From: Octopus sinensis
Taxonomy: Eukaryota
Assembly: GCF_006345805.1 (NCBI RefSeq)
Contig: NC_042997.1
Coordinates: 24,242,001-24,306,000, forward strand
Direction: 5' to 3'
DNA: 64,000 nt
A program made the translations under genes and the position numbers. Below the pieces are notes generated by a model that was given only the letters and a program-made list of their open reading frames with translations, ran no database searches and was not told the origin of the DNA. Positions 37,539 through 50,454 of this stretch are shown piece by piece; position 1 is the stretch's first letter; every line of letters begins with the position of its first letter.

Positions 37539-37746
37539 AAACAATTGCAGCGTGGAAGGTGTTTATAAGCCATTTAAGAAACACAGAAAAGCGTTAGATT
37601 CACTTCAACATTTAATTTAATTTGTCAAAATATTTTAGTCGTCGCTTTGAAAACCGCTACCTGTTCACTGACAAAGCTTCGTGCTGCCTCTACAGTTTTG
37701 TGTGTTTCTTAAATGGCTTATAACACCTTCCACGCTGCAACTGTTT
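37539..37746. repeat. Fold-back/MITE-like element with about 50-bp arms, abutting (TA)n
   Basis: AAACA(A/G)TTGCAGCGTGGAAGGTGTT(T)ATAAGCCATTTAAGAAACAC is inverted at both ends. Confidence 0.92.
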
Positions 37747-37797
37747 CGTCAGCACACGATCTCAGATCAAGTCACTCGCTATGCAAGTACATATCCG

Positions 37798-37834
<37 letters not shown>

Positions 37835-37862
37835 CATATAAGCGTTATATACACACACACAT

Positions 37863-37907
<45 letters not shown>

Positions 37908-38334
37908 ATATTATATATATAATACACACATGGCTATACAGATATACACACATAAGCACTCTTAACCTCAAACACGAACGCACATACTAGTCCGTATACA
38001 TACGTATACGCAAATGCATACGTAACATTTTATTAATTAACCTTGGTAGAAGAGACCTACGGCTGTTGTACATGATATGTTATGAAACTTTAGGCCTAAG
38101 AGTTACTCTTTAAACGATTTCAGCAAATAATACGTTGCACAGTTTGTATATATTGAATTCATTGCCGTTTATAAAATCCTGAATATGTGTGCGTGTTTAT
38201 GAATGCACATACATACATGCATACATACATACCTACATACATATATACATACATACATATATGCATACATACATACGCATACGTGCGTACATAACATCCA
38301 TATATATGGCTGTAAGTATGTATGTATGTGTGTG

Positions 38335-38371
<37 letters not shown>

Positions 38372-39093
38372 AATAGATAGATAGATATAGATATATACAG
38401 GTATATGTATATATATACACATGTATATGTATATAATATATATATATATATGTGTGTGTGTGTGTATGTACACAGACATATTCTCATGTTCACACATGTT
38501 GACGTACACAAAACGCATATACATATGGAGTGAGAGAGAAAGAGAGAGAGAGAGAGAGTTATAGGGAAAGAAATTGAAGAAGAAAAAGGAAAAGTAAAAA
38601 AAAAAAAATGAAAAGAAAAATAAGAAGAAACAGTAAAAGGAGCTATCCAAGAAACATTTCGTCTCAAGAATTTCTACTTCAGTCACGAGAAGCTCCTGGT
38701 GAGTTTTATAAGTCTGGAATATGGTTCCAATTGAATGATGATTTTGGAAAAATTCATTTAATATTCCATGTAAGTTTCTGCAATTGTATAAACACCAAAT
38801 AACATGGAAAGAAACAAATGTATAGTCATAGGAATACATGTACTGGCATGTTAATACTTGTATACCGAAAAAAAATGATAAAAATAAAAACCTAAATATG
38901 TACACATACATACGTACAAAACTACATAGATACATGCATACATGCATACACACATGCGCGTACATACATGTATTAATGTATACATGAAACATGCATATAT
39001 ATATAAGCATGTGTACATATCCGCATTCCGGTATACACACAAACACACTCTCTTACACACACACACACATATATATATATAAATGTATATAGA

Positions 39094-39126
<33 letters not shown>

Positions 39127-39399
39127 AAATAAAATGTACGTATAAAAATATGTACATGAATACTTCTAAGAATATATGTGTGCATGTATATCAATGTAAT
39201 AAATATGCATAAACATATATATACTTGAGTTTGCATGTGTGTGTATATACATATATATGTATATATACATAAATATATATATACAGACATATATGTATAG
39301 TGTGTATGTATATATATACATATATACATATATGTATATATATATATATACAACACAATATATATATATACCTACACACACACACACACACACAATATA

Positions 39400-39430
<31 letters not shown>

Positions 39431-40562
39431 ATATATATGTACTTATATATATATATACATACATACATACAACACATGCACACATATTGGTAGATATATA
39501 TGTACATGTGTATATATAAATATACACACATGTACATATATATCTACCAATGTGTGTGTATGTGTGTATGTGTGTATGTGTGTATGTGTATATGTGTGTT
39601 GTGTGTGTGTGTGTGTTTGTGTGTGTGAGTGCACGTACATAATACATGAGTACATATGTAATAGGAATTACAAAACCCTGTACAGTGAGACCGATATCGG
39701 CTATTCTCATTAGAGGATTGAAAAGTAATCACGGATAACAGCTGAAAGACTTAAACACCACTTGTCGCTCTCAGCTGGCCACGTAACCTGTAACATATCA
39801 AATACCTTTCCTCATGCATCATCTGCGTTTCTTTAGATTTCATAAACATGAATTTAAGCTTGTATCAAAAAGTATGAAATTATATCTGCATTTGTTTTAA
39901 CAACTGGATTAGGATGACAGATGTTGAAAAGTTTCTTTGATACATTTTTAAACACAAGCGTTTGTCAGCGTTTGCCCATGCAAAGATTCTTGCCTATTCC
40001 TTCGTCCTTTCATCTTCTTCAGTGACTGGATAAGCGTTTTATCGCATTTCTAACTATCTTTAACACGCCGATCATTGCCTTAACGAGGCATTAATAGATC
40101 ACTACCAGGATATAGCTTTCTTACTCCAAGAAAGAAGTAACAGCTCTGAGATAAACATTTGAAAAAAGAATATAGTTTACTATTCATTATTATCGTCCTT
40201 TAGCAAAAAGAGCCGAACCGGCAAAATCAGCGCGTCGTACAAAATACTGAGCAGTATTTTTATGGAGCGTCTTGCGTTCTCAGTATAAATGCCGTTGACG
40301 TCGACTTTGCCTATCATCACTTCGAGAACGATAAAATATGTACCAGAGGAGCACAGGTTGTGAATGTAATCGACTAACCACTAAATTTGACTTATAAAAT
40401 TTCATGACTTGAGCCCAAATTTAAAAGGATTATTACCGTTCCATAACAAAACTCAATGAGTGGGCAGAATATTTACTTCGTCGCACAACTCACTTCGCAG
40501 CATTCCTGCTCGCTCTTTAAGTTCAAATGTCGCTGAGGTTGACTTTGCTTTTTATGTTAAAA

Positions 40563-40698
40563 CTAACTAACCAGCCACATGGTTCGGGGTTCAGTCCCAC
40601 TGCGTGGCATCTTGGGCAAGTGTCTTCTGCTATAGTCCCGGGCCGACCAAGCCTTGTGAGTGGATTTGGTAGACGGAAACTGAAAGAAGCCTGTCGTA

Positions 40699-40767
<69 letters not shown>

Positions 40768-40972
40768 TGTGTGTCTGTTTTGTACCCCTACCATTGCTTG
40801 ACAACCGATGCTGGTGTGCTTACGTCCCCGTCACATAGCGGTTCGGCAAAAAGAGACCGATAGAATAAGTACTGGGCTTACAAAGAATAAGTCCCGGGGT
40901 CGATTTGCTCGACTAAAGGCGGTGCTCCAGCATGGCCGCAGTCAAATGACTGAAACAAGTAAAAGAGTAAAG
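40563..40972 (+). mobile_element. SINE A (A box missing)
   Basis: B box through tail. Confidence 0.9.
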
Positions 40973-41733
40973 AGACAGTGTGCCGTTAAAAATGACGGCT
41001 TATTGTAGTATTTTATGTATAAATAAGGCATAAAATAAGGTACATAATATTCAGATACATACCTTCACATACTTCCCTTGTACATGCGCTCGCATACACA
41101 CATATACTCAGAGTTGAAATGCTGCTTGATTTTTCTTTTCAGCGTTGTACATTCACCATCCCATTTCCATTCCACACACACAAACATTCACATGCCTCCC
41201 TTTTACATACACACACACACACGTATACTCACACAGAGTTGAAACGCTGATTTTTTCGCCCCTTCCTTATCTATCACTCCTTCCTTTTTCCATTGCTATC
41301 ATTTTCTCTCACTCTCTCTCAGTCAGGGCTATTACTCTCACTACTTCTCCTTCACTGAATTACTATTTTCTCTTCTCTCCCTTCACATATACTACTCTTT
41401 CTCCGACTCCGTCCTACTCCTACTATTAAATTCTTCCTACAACAGTAAGCGACACAAAGTTCACCCACACAAACACATATAAACAGCCAAAACCACATAC
41501 ACACACAACACATATACACACATACGCACACACAAGTGCTATTACACACACACATAGACTTGCACACACGCACATACCTACACATACACACACATACCTC
41601 CTTCTCTTACACTCTCCTGTCTTAGAAAGAACATTTTCTTCATATATTCCCTTCTGGTCATTTCAAAATGTAACCACATGTGAATCGTTGGCAATTTTGT
41701 CCCTCCGTCTTCCCTTCTATTGGACTTTCCTCT

Positions 41734-41769
41734 GTTTCCGAAGAAGAGCATCTGCTCGAAACGTTAAAC
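41734..41769 (+). ncRNA. Minimal type-I hammerhead-like motif (CCGAAGA core, GUU site) in a probable PLE pLTR (about 41680-41870)
   Basis: GTTT-CCGAAGA-A-GAGC/ATCT/GCTC-GAAA-C-GTT-AAAC: perfect 4-bp helices I and II and a loopless ACGT helix III. The element ends at (TA)n. Confidence 0.7.
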
Positions 41770-41858
41770 TATTTTCCTTCCTTTCCTGAGCCTCTGCTAA
41801 TACACTACATGTACCACGTCCTCGCGTTGTTGCTGTTTTTTTTGTGTTTGTTCTTTTC

Positions 41859-41906
<48 letters not shown>

Positions 41907-42711
41907 ACATAAATATATAAAAACTACGATTATTATTATATTAGGAGATATATACGAGTTGAATACTGAAGTCAGCGTAAACGACTTGCCCCTCCACTCA
42001 AAGTTGTTGACCTTGTGACTAATTTTTAAAGAATTATTACATCCCTTAAAGTGATGAACTGCCACAAACGTTAGAGCAGCGGAATATATGCTTTGTAGTA
42101 GATTTTTACATCCTGCGGCTATTTCTATCAATGATAATAATAGGATTTCAATATGCCCAAACCTTTATTTCTGAATGTGTATTAATACATTTGAAAACAA
42201 ATTATGATCATTAATAGAAAAAAAAAACTGAAACAGCCCAGGATTAAAATACTGGGATATACACATTTTGTATATACAACGTAGAACGGTACAGACTGTG
42301 TTGCTTTCCGTTTATATCAAGATACTGTAGGAGGGGAAATGTGATTGAGATCAGCTTCAGTTAAAAAGAATTTCAACAAATTTCCAGGTACACATATATG
42401 CTATCTGTACGAACATAAAATATGGCGAAAAAATTTTCACGGTACGATCTTTACTTGTCTACTATTTTGCATGCCTCTAAACTCCCAGTACCATACAGGA
42501 AAGTGTTGATTGTGTGGCTTTAAATTAGAAGACCCCCAAGAATGTTTCAAACCGGAACTAGAAACTTAGATTATCTCTATGATGCATGACCATATTTTTG
42601 AGTGAGCTTAATATGTGACGAATTTGTTGTTCATTGGTGGATTCACAGCGGTCATCTAGGCACATTGAGAAAACACACACACACAGCCATGTAACTATGT
42701 CTGTATGTAAA

Positions 42712-43106
42712 TCTTTATATATAAAAGTGAAGTTGTGTGTCTGTCTCCTACGATTTAGATTCCTAACTACTCCCACATTTTGCGGTGCAGTTTAACCAAA
42801 ACCGGGTATCTTATAGTCGTGATTCATATCGAGCCCTTCTGGGTATTAGCGCGCGTCTACGATGAGTGTACGATTAAAAAAAAAAATTACCATAATTTTT
42901 TTCCCTTTTAATGCATTTTTTCCCTATTATATAGGGGAAGTAACTCTCTAAAAATGTCTACGATGAGTCAACGATTTAAAAAAAAAATTACCATCATTTT
43001 TTTCCATTTTCAATGCATGTTTTCGCTATTTTTTGGCTATAACTCTAAAAATGGTTATATAGTTATTTCCCTTACAAACCCGAGCAACGCCGGGCGATAC
43101 TGCTAG
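42712..43106 (+). mobile_element. Non-autonomous Helitron, about 395 bp
   Basis: A|TC 5' end; hairpin CCCGAGCAACGCCGGG (43079-43094); CTAG|T 3' end; no TSD; internal tandem duplication of about 90 bp. A second copy is at 58151. Confidence 0.92.
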
Positions 43107-43134
43107 TATATATATACACGAATAAGCATATATA

Positions 43135-44194
43135 CAGGGTGTTCAAAAAATCTCTCCGCACTAAGTATTTGATTGTTAAATAAATATATAACATGGTATA
43201 AAATTAGAAAATAATATATTAAACTTTACCATACTTTAAAAAAACTTTATAAGAGGTGTTGAAAGTGTCATTCTTCATTTTCAATTGATAAGTTGACTCT
43301 TCTACACATGTTTTAAAATACATCTTGGAGTGTCTGACACGGTATGGACCGTGTGAATGTTATGATTGCGTCTTTTAGCTCATTAACGATTTTCGGGCGA
43401 TTTTTGTACAGTGATCTTTTACTTGTTCCCCAGAAAAAAAGTCTGACAGTTTTAAATCTGGTGAACTTGGTGGCCATAGTCCCTTCAAAATAATCCGAAA
43501 ATCTCTTGAAGTAGCGCCATGGTAATGTGCAAAGTATGTGCCGTAGCCCCATCTTGCTGAAAGTATGCATTATTAATTTCACTTTTAGTGAGTTGGCCTA
43601 CAAATGGATAGACAATATTTTAGCTTTATCTCTCAGTGTTGATGGTGTCTTCAAAAAATATCGGTCCTACAATACGCTTTCTCGAAATTACAATACTCCA
43701 ACTTTTTAGGGACACAGTCGTTGCTCATGCGTCGCGTGTGGATTCTCAGTGCTCTTTGGGAATTTATGTGTCCCGACAGATGAAACCAAGCCTCATCGCT
43801 GTAAAAACACCCATCAAGCAATGTTATGCCTTTTTCAGCAACAAAGTTTTGGGACGAATGACAATAATGAAGTCTTTTAGTATGATCTGTAATCTTCAAT
43901 TCTTTAATGGCCAGCACTTTGTATGGACAGAAATTTAAGTTCTTTTTTTACTGCCGTGTGAGCACTTCCAAGGCTGATTTCCATTTCCTGTGACAATTTG
44001 CGTAGTGACTTTGACGGGCTTGCGAACGGTTTATCAGAACTATTGGAGAGTGTTTCATCTGAGAGAACAGTAGGCCTACCGCTTCTTGCTGCCTTTCCAT
44101 TGAGCCTGACACCTTGCTGTCCACGCTGTGATAGCCAAATTGCGCATGCGCAGGATGAAAAAATTCACTGCAGAGAGACTTTTTGAACACCCTG
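43135..44194 (-). mobile_element. Tc1/mariner-superfamily DNA transposon with a decayed DDD-type transposase
   Basis: TIRs CAGGGTGTTCAAAAA(A)RTCTCTC, with TA on the left and CA (mutated TA) on the right. Frameshifted motifs SPSKSLRKLSQEMEIS, PYKV, FYSDEAWFHLSGHINSQ, YFQQDGATAHT, LWPPSSPDLKLSDFFFWG. Confidence 0.92.
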
Positions 44195-44262
44195 CATACG
44201 TTCATGTATATATGTATATATCTGTGTGTGCTTGCATGTATATGTATACATAGACATATGTT

Positions 44263-44574
44263 AGGCGCGTGCTTAGTGTTTAGGGCATTCGGCTCATGAT
44301 CGTAAGGTTGTGAGTTCGATTCCCGCGACGCGTTGTGTCCTTGAGCAAGACACTTTTATTTCACGTTGCTCCAGTCCACTCAGCTGGCAAAAATGAGTTG
44401 TCCTTGATTCAAAGGGTCAGCCTTGTCACTCTCTGTGTCACGCTGATTATCCCCGAGAACTACTTTGGGTACACGTTTCTGTGGAATGCTCAGCCCTTTG
44501 CACGTTAATTTCACGAGCAAGCTGTTCCGTTGATCGTATCAGCCTGACCCCTCGTCGTCGTAACCGGCGGAGTC
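44263..44574 (+). mobile_element. SINE D with tail type 1
   Basis: tRNA-like head, then TTGTGTCCTTGAGCAAGACACTTT, then a tail matching 18615-18780. Confidence 0.85.
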
Positions 44575-44649
44575 TTTTAATACATATACACACATACTTA
44601 TGTATATGCATATTCCTACAGGCAGACACACATTCACATATATTTACAT

Positions 44650-45432
44650 AGGCGCAACAGTGGCTGTGTGGTAAGAAGCTCCGGTTTCAGTCCCACTGCG
44701 TGACACCTTGGGCATGTCTCTTCTGCTCTAGCCTCGGGCCGATCAAATACATGTGAATGGATCTGGTAGACGGAAGCTAAAAGAACCCCGTCATTTATAT
44801 TACTCTTTTACTCTTTTACTTGTTTTAGTCATTTGACTGCGGCCATGCTGGAGCACCGCCTTTAATCGAGCAACTCGACCCCGGGACTTATTCTTTTGTA
44901 AGCCCAGTACTTATTCTTTTTGGTCTCTTTTGCCGAACCGCTAAGTAACGGGGACATAAACACACCAGCATCGGTTGTCAAGCAATGCTAGGGGGACAAA
45001 CACAGACACACAAACACACACACACGCATATATACATATACATATATACGACGGGCTTCTTTCAGTTTCCGTCTACCAAATCCACTCACAAGGCTTTGGT
45101 CGGCCCGAGGCTATAGTAGAAGACACTTGCCCAAGGTGCCACGCAGTGGGACCGAACCCAGAACCATGTGGTTGGTAAACAAGCTACTTACCACATAGCC
45201 GCTCCTATATATATATATATATGTAAATGTTTAGATGTCTTTATTTGTCCCCCCACCATCACTTGACAACCGATATTGGTGTGTTGACGTCCCTGTAAAT
45301 TAGCGGTTCAACGACAGAGACCGATGGAATAAGTACTAGGTGTACAAAGAATACGTCCTGGGGTCAAATTGTTTGACTAAAGGCGGTGCTCCAGCATGGA
45401 GGCAGTCAAATGACTGAAACAATTAAAAGAAT
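44650..45432 (+). mobile_element. Older SINE A split by an antisense SINE A
   Basis: The left half is at 44650-44795 and the right half at 45235-45432. Confidence 0.8.
44801..45206 (-). mobile_element. SINE A, nested
   Basis: Full copy inside the linker of the plus-strand copy. Confidence 0.9.
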
Positions 45433-45474
45433 AAAATAATATACATACACCTATATATGTAAATATATATATAT

Positions 45475-45513
<39 letters not shown>

Positions 45514-46409
45514 TACATATATCACGTATGCACACATATATGTATATAAGTACCCAACTCCATATATGTTGATATTTATGCACTCATACATTTGGACATT
45601 TATGTATATATAAGAGTGTGTAAAATATAGAGAGGGAGAAAGAGAGATGGACTGAGAGAGAGAGAGAGAGAATGAGAAAGTGAGAAAGACACGGCTACAC
45701 GGCTATCATAAGCAGCTTAAGAGAAAGAGCGTGTTTATATATGTATCTATGTATGCATGTGTGCATGTATTCTTGTATGTGATTGCGTGCGTGTGCGTGA
45801 GTGTGATTGCGTGTGTGTATATATGTATATGTGTGTTTGTGTATGCGAGCGTATGGCTGAGTGTGCCTGTGTTATAAAACTGTGAAAGAAAGCAAACTTA
45901 AAATAAAACCCTGCAATGTGCCTCCAGGGTAGACGTACGTGCAGAAATCTACTGTCAGGTGGAATATTCAAGTTATTTTCTGCATAGATTTCTTTTAAAA
46001 TTGTGAGTGTGTAGTTGGGTTTGTGCTGGCTTATTTTTTTTTTGTTTCTAAATATTTCTATATGTGCTTCTGTGCTGGTGGTGTTTGTATCCGTACCTAT
46101 ATGTGATTACGTGTTTCCATGTGCATGTGTTCTATGTCTACGTATAGTAAACGTTCTCCCACACTCTCCGCCATCTCTGTACAGTCGGTTTGAAATTCCC
46201 AAAGGCCTCCGTTTTGAAATAACCATCACCCCATGGATTTGTTTATTTTTCCTCTATGCGTCTTCCCTGATGGGATTTAATCAGGAAGCAAAACACATGT
46301 GCAGTTAGTTTGTTGTTGGACAATCTGTATGTGTGTGTGTGTGTGTGGTGTTCTTTATTTTTAAGTAAACAATTTATTTGCATTTTACCAATGAAAATGT
46401 GCGCTTATA

Positions 46410-46474
<65 letters not shown>

Positions 46475-46475
46475 G

Positions 46476-46507
<32 letters not shown>

Positions 46508-46512
46508 ATATA

Positions 46513-46548
<36 letters not shown>

Positions 46549-46550
46549 TG

Positions 46551-46609
<59 letters not shown>

Positions 46610-46622
46610 GTATGTATGTATG

Positions 46623-46731
<109 letters not shown>

Positions 46732-47454
46732 TATTTCCATATATATCCTCATGCTGGTACATACACACAAACGCACTCACGCACACCAACACACAAGCAA
46801 ACATATACACATATATTTAAAATATTTGATAAAACTGGATATCTTGTATACTTAATCTTATCGTTTAATTGGTTTGTTTATATTTATGTGTTATTTTGCT
46901 TTTGTTTTCTTAAATATTTAATTTTATATTTCTTATTCCCTTTTCTCACGTTATATTTTCATTCAGTAAACTCTCTGTCTGAATGCAATTCCAAATTACA
47001 GCACTTGAGGCATTTTGTATAGACTGAAAAAAGTAAAAAAAAATGTTTTAATCGATAAAGGAATCTCGTTGTTCACCGGGCACTTTAAACTAAACATGTA
47101 TGCATACCCAACGAGGAATCCTATCTTATGTTTTTCATATATGCTACATCTGGAGGAGGGACAGTACCCCATGGTATTCGCAGACATTCCGAGACTGGTG
47201 AGATCAATGCTTTTTACCGTTGCTATCAGTGTTTCATATAAACACCTGCAGGAGCGGCATAAATAAGGGGGAAAATTCAGAGAAGCGAAGATCTGGGGAA
47301 GGACTGTCTATTGTTGTAAAAGAAGGTCTGGAGCATGGGTCCAGTATGGCTGAAGATAGAAATGTTGAAGAACTCTATGCTACCTGGGCTGAGGTGTTAC
47401 GAAACAGCCAGCTCCGAGGAGTGAAGGCTATCAAGATATCACTTATTTTATATC

Positions 47455-47634
47455 TGGTATTTCGTCTGCCGTTACGTTCTGTGTTCAAATTCCGCCGAGG
47501 TCGACTTTGCTTTTCATCCTTTCGGGATCGATAAATTAAGTACTAGTTACGCACTGGGGTCGATGTAATCGACTTAATACCCTTGTCTGCCCCCTCTATG
47601 TTTAGCCCCTTGTGGGTAATAAAGAAATAGGTAT
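47455..47634 (+). mobile_element. Headless SINE B unit with TSD
   Basis: TATCACTTATTTTAT lies at 47437-47451 and again from 47632. Confidence 0.85.
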
Positions 47635-49395
47635 CACTTATTTTATCACACTGCTTGCAAAACATTTCAAGCTACTTACCCCTTAAATTACATCATACAG
47701 TCTTTCAAAAGGAAAGGTCACAATATTTTATGTAGTCGTAGATACTCAATGCCCATCGAAAACATTGGAACGCTTTTCATCAATAGGTCTGCTTTGCAGC
47801 ATGATACCGGCATATTACAGAGGAAGAACAACTGTTGCATCTTTAAAAAATCCCTCTTTCCTCCTACAGTTTTGCCAGTAGGATAACCTAATAGCATAAA
47901 GCAGAAACATGAAAAAAAAAAAAAAAAAACAGTAAAAGAGCTCTTGTGTTCTTACGACAAATCATTGCATACATTATTGTCTACCTCTGGTGGCAGAGTA
48001 CTCTTGGAACAACGTATCTGAATCTAAAGTATGTTAAGATTCCATGCTGAAACCTCCCACGAGTTCGATTTTATACAAGTACTGACTTTAATAAGACCGA
48101 CTCTACCCTTCCGCATACATGACTGATCTTATGTATATGTTATGGATTCATCTTCTCAGCTGATTAAGCTTTACAGGTTACTGCTATAGTGAAGAACAAC
48201 AAGCCGCACCAGGTATTATATTTTGGAAACTACCATACTCTAATAGAAGACGCAGACCACTCAACTACATTGATGTTGTTGGTAGTGATACACAAGATGA
48301 AACTGTGGACCCACCAAAGTTAATAAAGGACGGAGAATCTTGGGGCGGCGCTGTGAAACTTATATGAGTTGCAGCTTCTGGTGTCTATTTAAAAATGAAA
48401 AAAAAAAAAGAAAAACCCGAAACAGAACACGATAAAAATACTCTCTGCCCCAGCAGAAATATGATCAACTCGTGAACCATTTCTCTTTGTCTCTATATGG
48501 CATATTGGTGCAGGCATTAGAGAGTACTGGCTTTAATCCCTATACTGGCTATAATTCTTCTCATTGTTTTGGTCTATCTCATTTTAGAAGAAATCTACTT
48601 TGGTTATACTAGACAATGCATCTCTCCGCTACGGGTAGGGTGTTCAAGTTATATCGTATGTTACGATGGTGTCTCTACGACTCGAATGAGGAGCTGAGAG
48701 ACTAAGGATAAGACTATGTTAGAAACTCTTTAGGCTATTTTGTTTCAGATACAATCATTTATACCAAACAATGATCACCAGTAAATTTGTTAAAGGGCCA
48801 GTGAGAGTGGTCCTGTAACAGCATTGAGTTCACCGCATTGTGAGTTTATAGGAGTTTCAAGGGATGGTCAGAGTCCGCGAAAACAGTTCCCATCTGTATT
48901 CGTGAGCCACCATACACGACCGGTGGCAGATCGTTGCCACAGAAGTCCGCATACGCGATCCAACGCCACCAGGAAACCGTAGGATTTCGGAACAGTCACC
49001 GCCTGGAATTCACCCTTACTCTCTTGTTAGCTGGGTTACGACTCTAGCACCGCCGGTGAGAGAACTGTCTGCTTTGCGTGAACCTCTGGGGGATTCGTAG
49101 TTCCCGATGGCGTAGCTCTGATACTCACTCGTTTAACCTACCTCCCAAGTTTAGTTCCAGAGCTGGGCTTTGAGGAAGATGAATATATGGAAGTTGAACT
49201 GAGGAAGGTGAAGAGTGTGAGGGTGGTGAATATGTCTCAACTGAATAGGCTACTGAAATCATTTTTTGGCAAAACAACAACCGAGAGAAGATATATATCC
49301 TTAGTGGTGAGGGTTATACAGGATCTGTCGATTCCATTGAGTAACCTTGGGTAACTGTCGTCTCTTTTGGATGCTTTTTTCTTTCTTCTAGCATT

Positions 49396-49678
49396 GTTTT
49401 ACTTGCTTCGACCACTGGACCGCGACCATACTGGAGCACCGACTTGAAGGGATTAGTCGAACAAATCGACTACAGCACTTATTTTAAAGCTTGATACATG
49501 TACTATCGATCTTTTTTGCTGAACATCTAAGTTAAGGAGGAGCAAACAGACTAAAACCGATTGTGAAACGATGGTGGCTGACAAACATATGCATAGACAC
49601 ACACACGCACACAGACAAGCATATATATATATACATACTCACACATATATATATATATCTGCATATATATATATCTAC

Positions 49679-49711
<33 letters not shown>

Positions 49712-49918
49712 TTATATATATATCTACATATGTAGATATACACACATACATAGATACATATACGATGCGCTTCTTTCAGTTTCTGTTTACCAAATCGCAC
49801 TCACAAGGCTTTGGTCGGCCTCAGACTATATGGAAGACACTTACCCAAGGTGCCGAGCAGTGAGACTGAACCCGAAACCATATGGTTGCGAAGGAAACTT
49901 TTTACCACAGGACCACGC
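49396..49918 (-). mobile_element. Older, diverged SINE A
   Basis: Degenerate head, CORE-like part and tail. Confidence 0.75.
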
Positions 49919-50454
49919 TTGTTATTTTTTATTGTCTTGCTCTTCTATTTATTTAACATGTTCGTATCATAACGTTCAATAACTGTTGCCCAAGCTCTCG
50001 GATGACATCTTCACTGCAGCACCTATCATCCAAGCAATCACAAGACCCTTTGGCACTCTGAAACATTCCAACAAACCAAAATACACCAAATTGTTGTATT
50101 TTAAACCATAATCTCTCTCAGTCAGAGTCGAGAGAAATACCACATATCGTCACATCACCCCATTTCGCACTGACCTTGAAAATTGTGAAATACTGACCAC
50201 GGAAGTAAAAGTAAATAAATCATTTAAAAGATTCTGCCTACATTTGTTCTATTTCTTTTCATTATCCATTATGCCCCAGCAAAAAGAAAAAAAAAACAAC
50301 ACAAAAAACATTTTCCTGTTTGTGGTTGAATTTATCAACACATATATGCATACAGTGTCTTTTATCTGTTGTATATTTGACTCATTAGATATTTGACTCA
50401 GTGCATCCATACAGAGGCACTGCCTTGAATTTTTAATCAAATGAATCAACCCTC

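Noticed and set aside
47100-47440. Coding-looking purine-rich stretch (ORFs 47015-47266 and 47220-47534)
   Set aside because: No recognisable domain, no clear splice sites, and the ORF runs into a SINE B; probably old retroelement debris.
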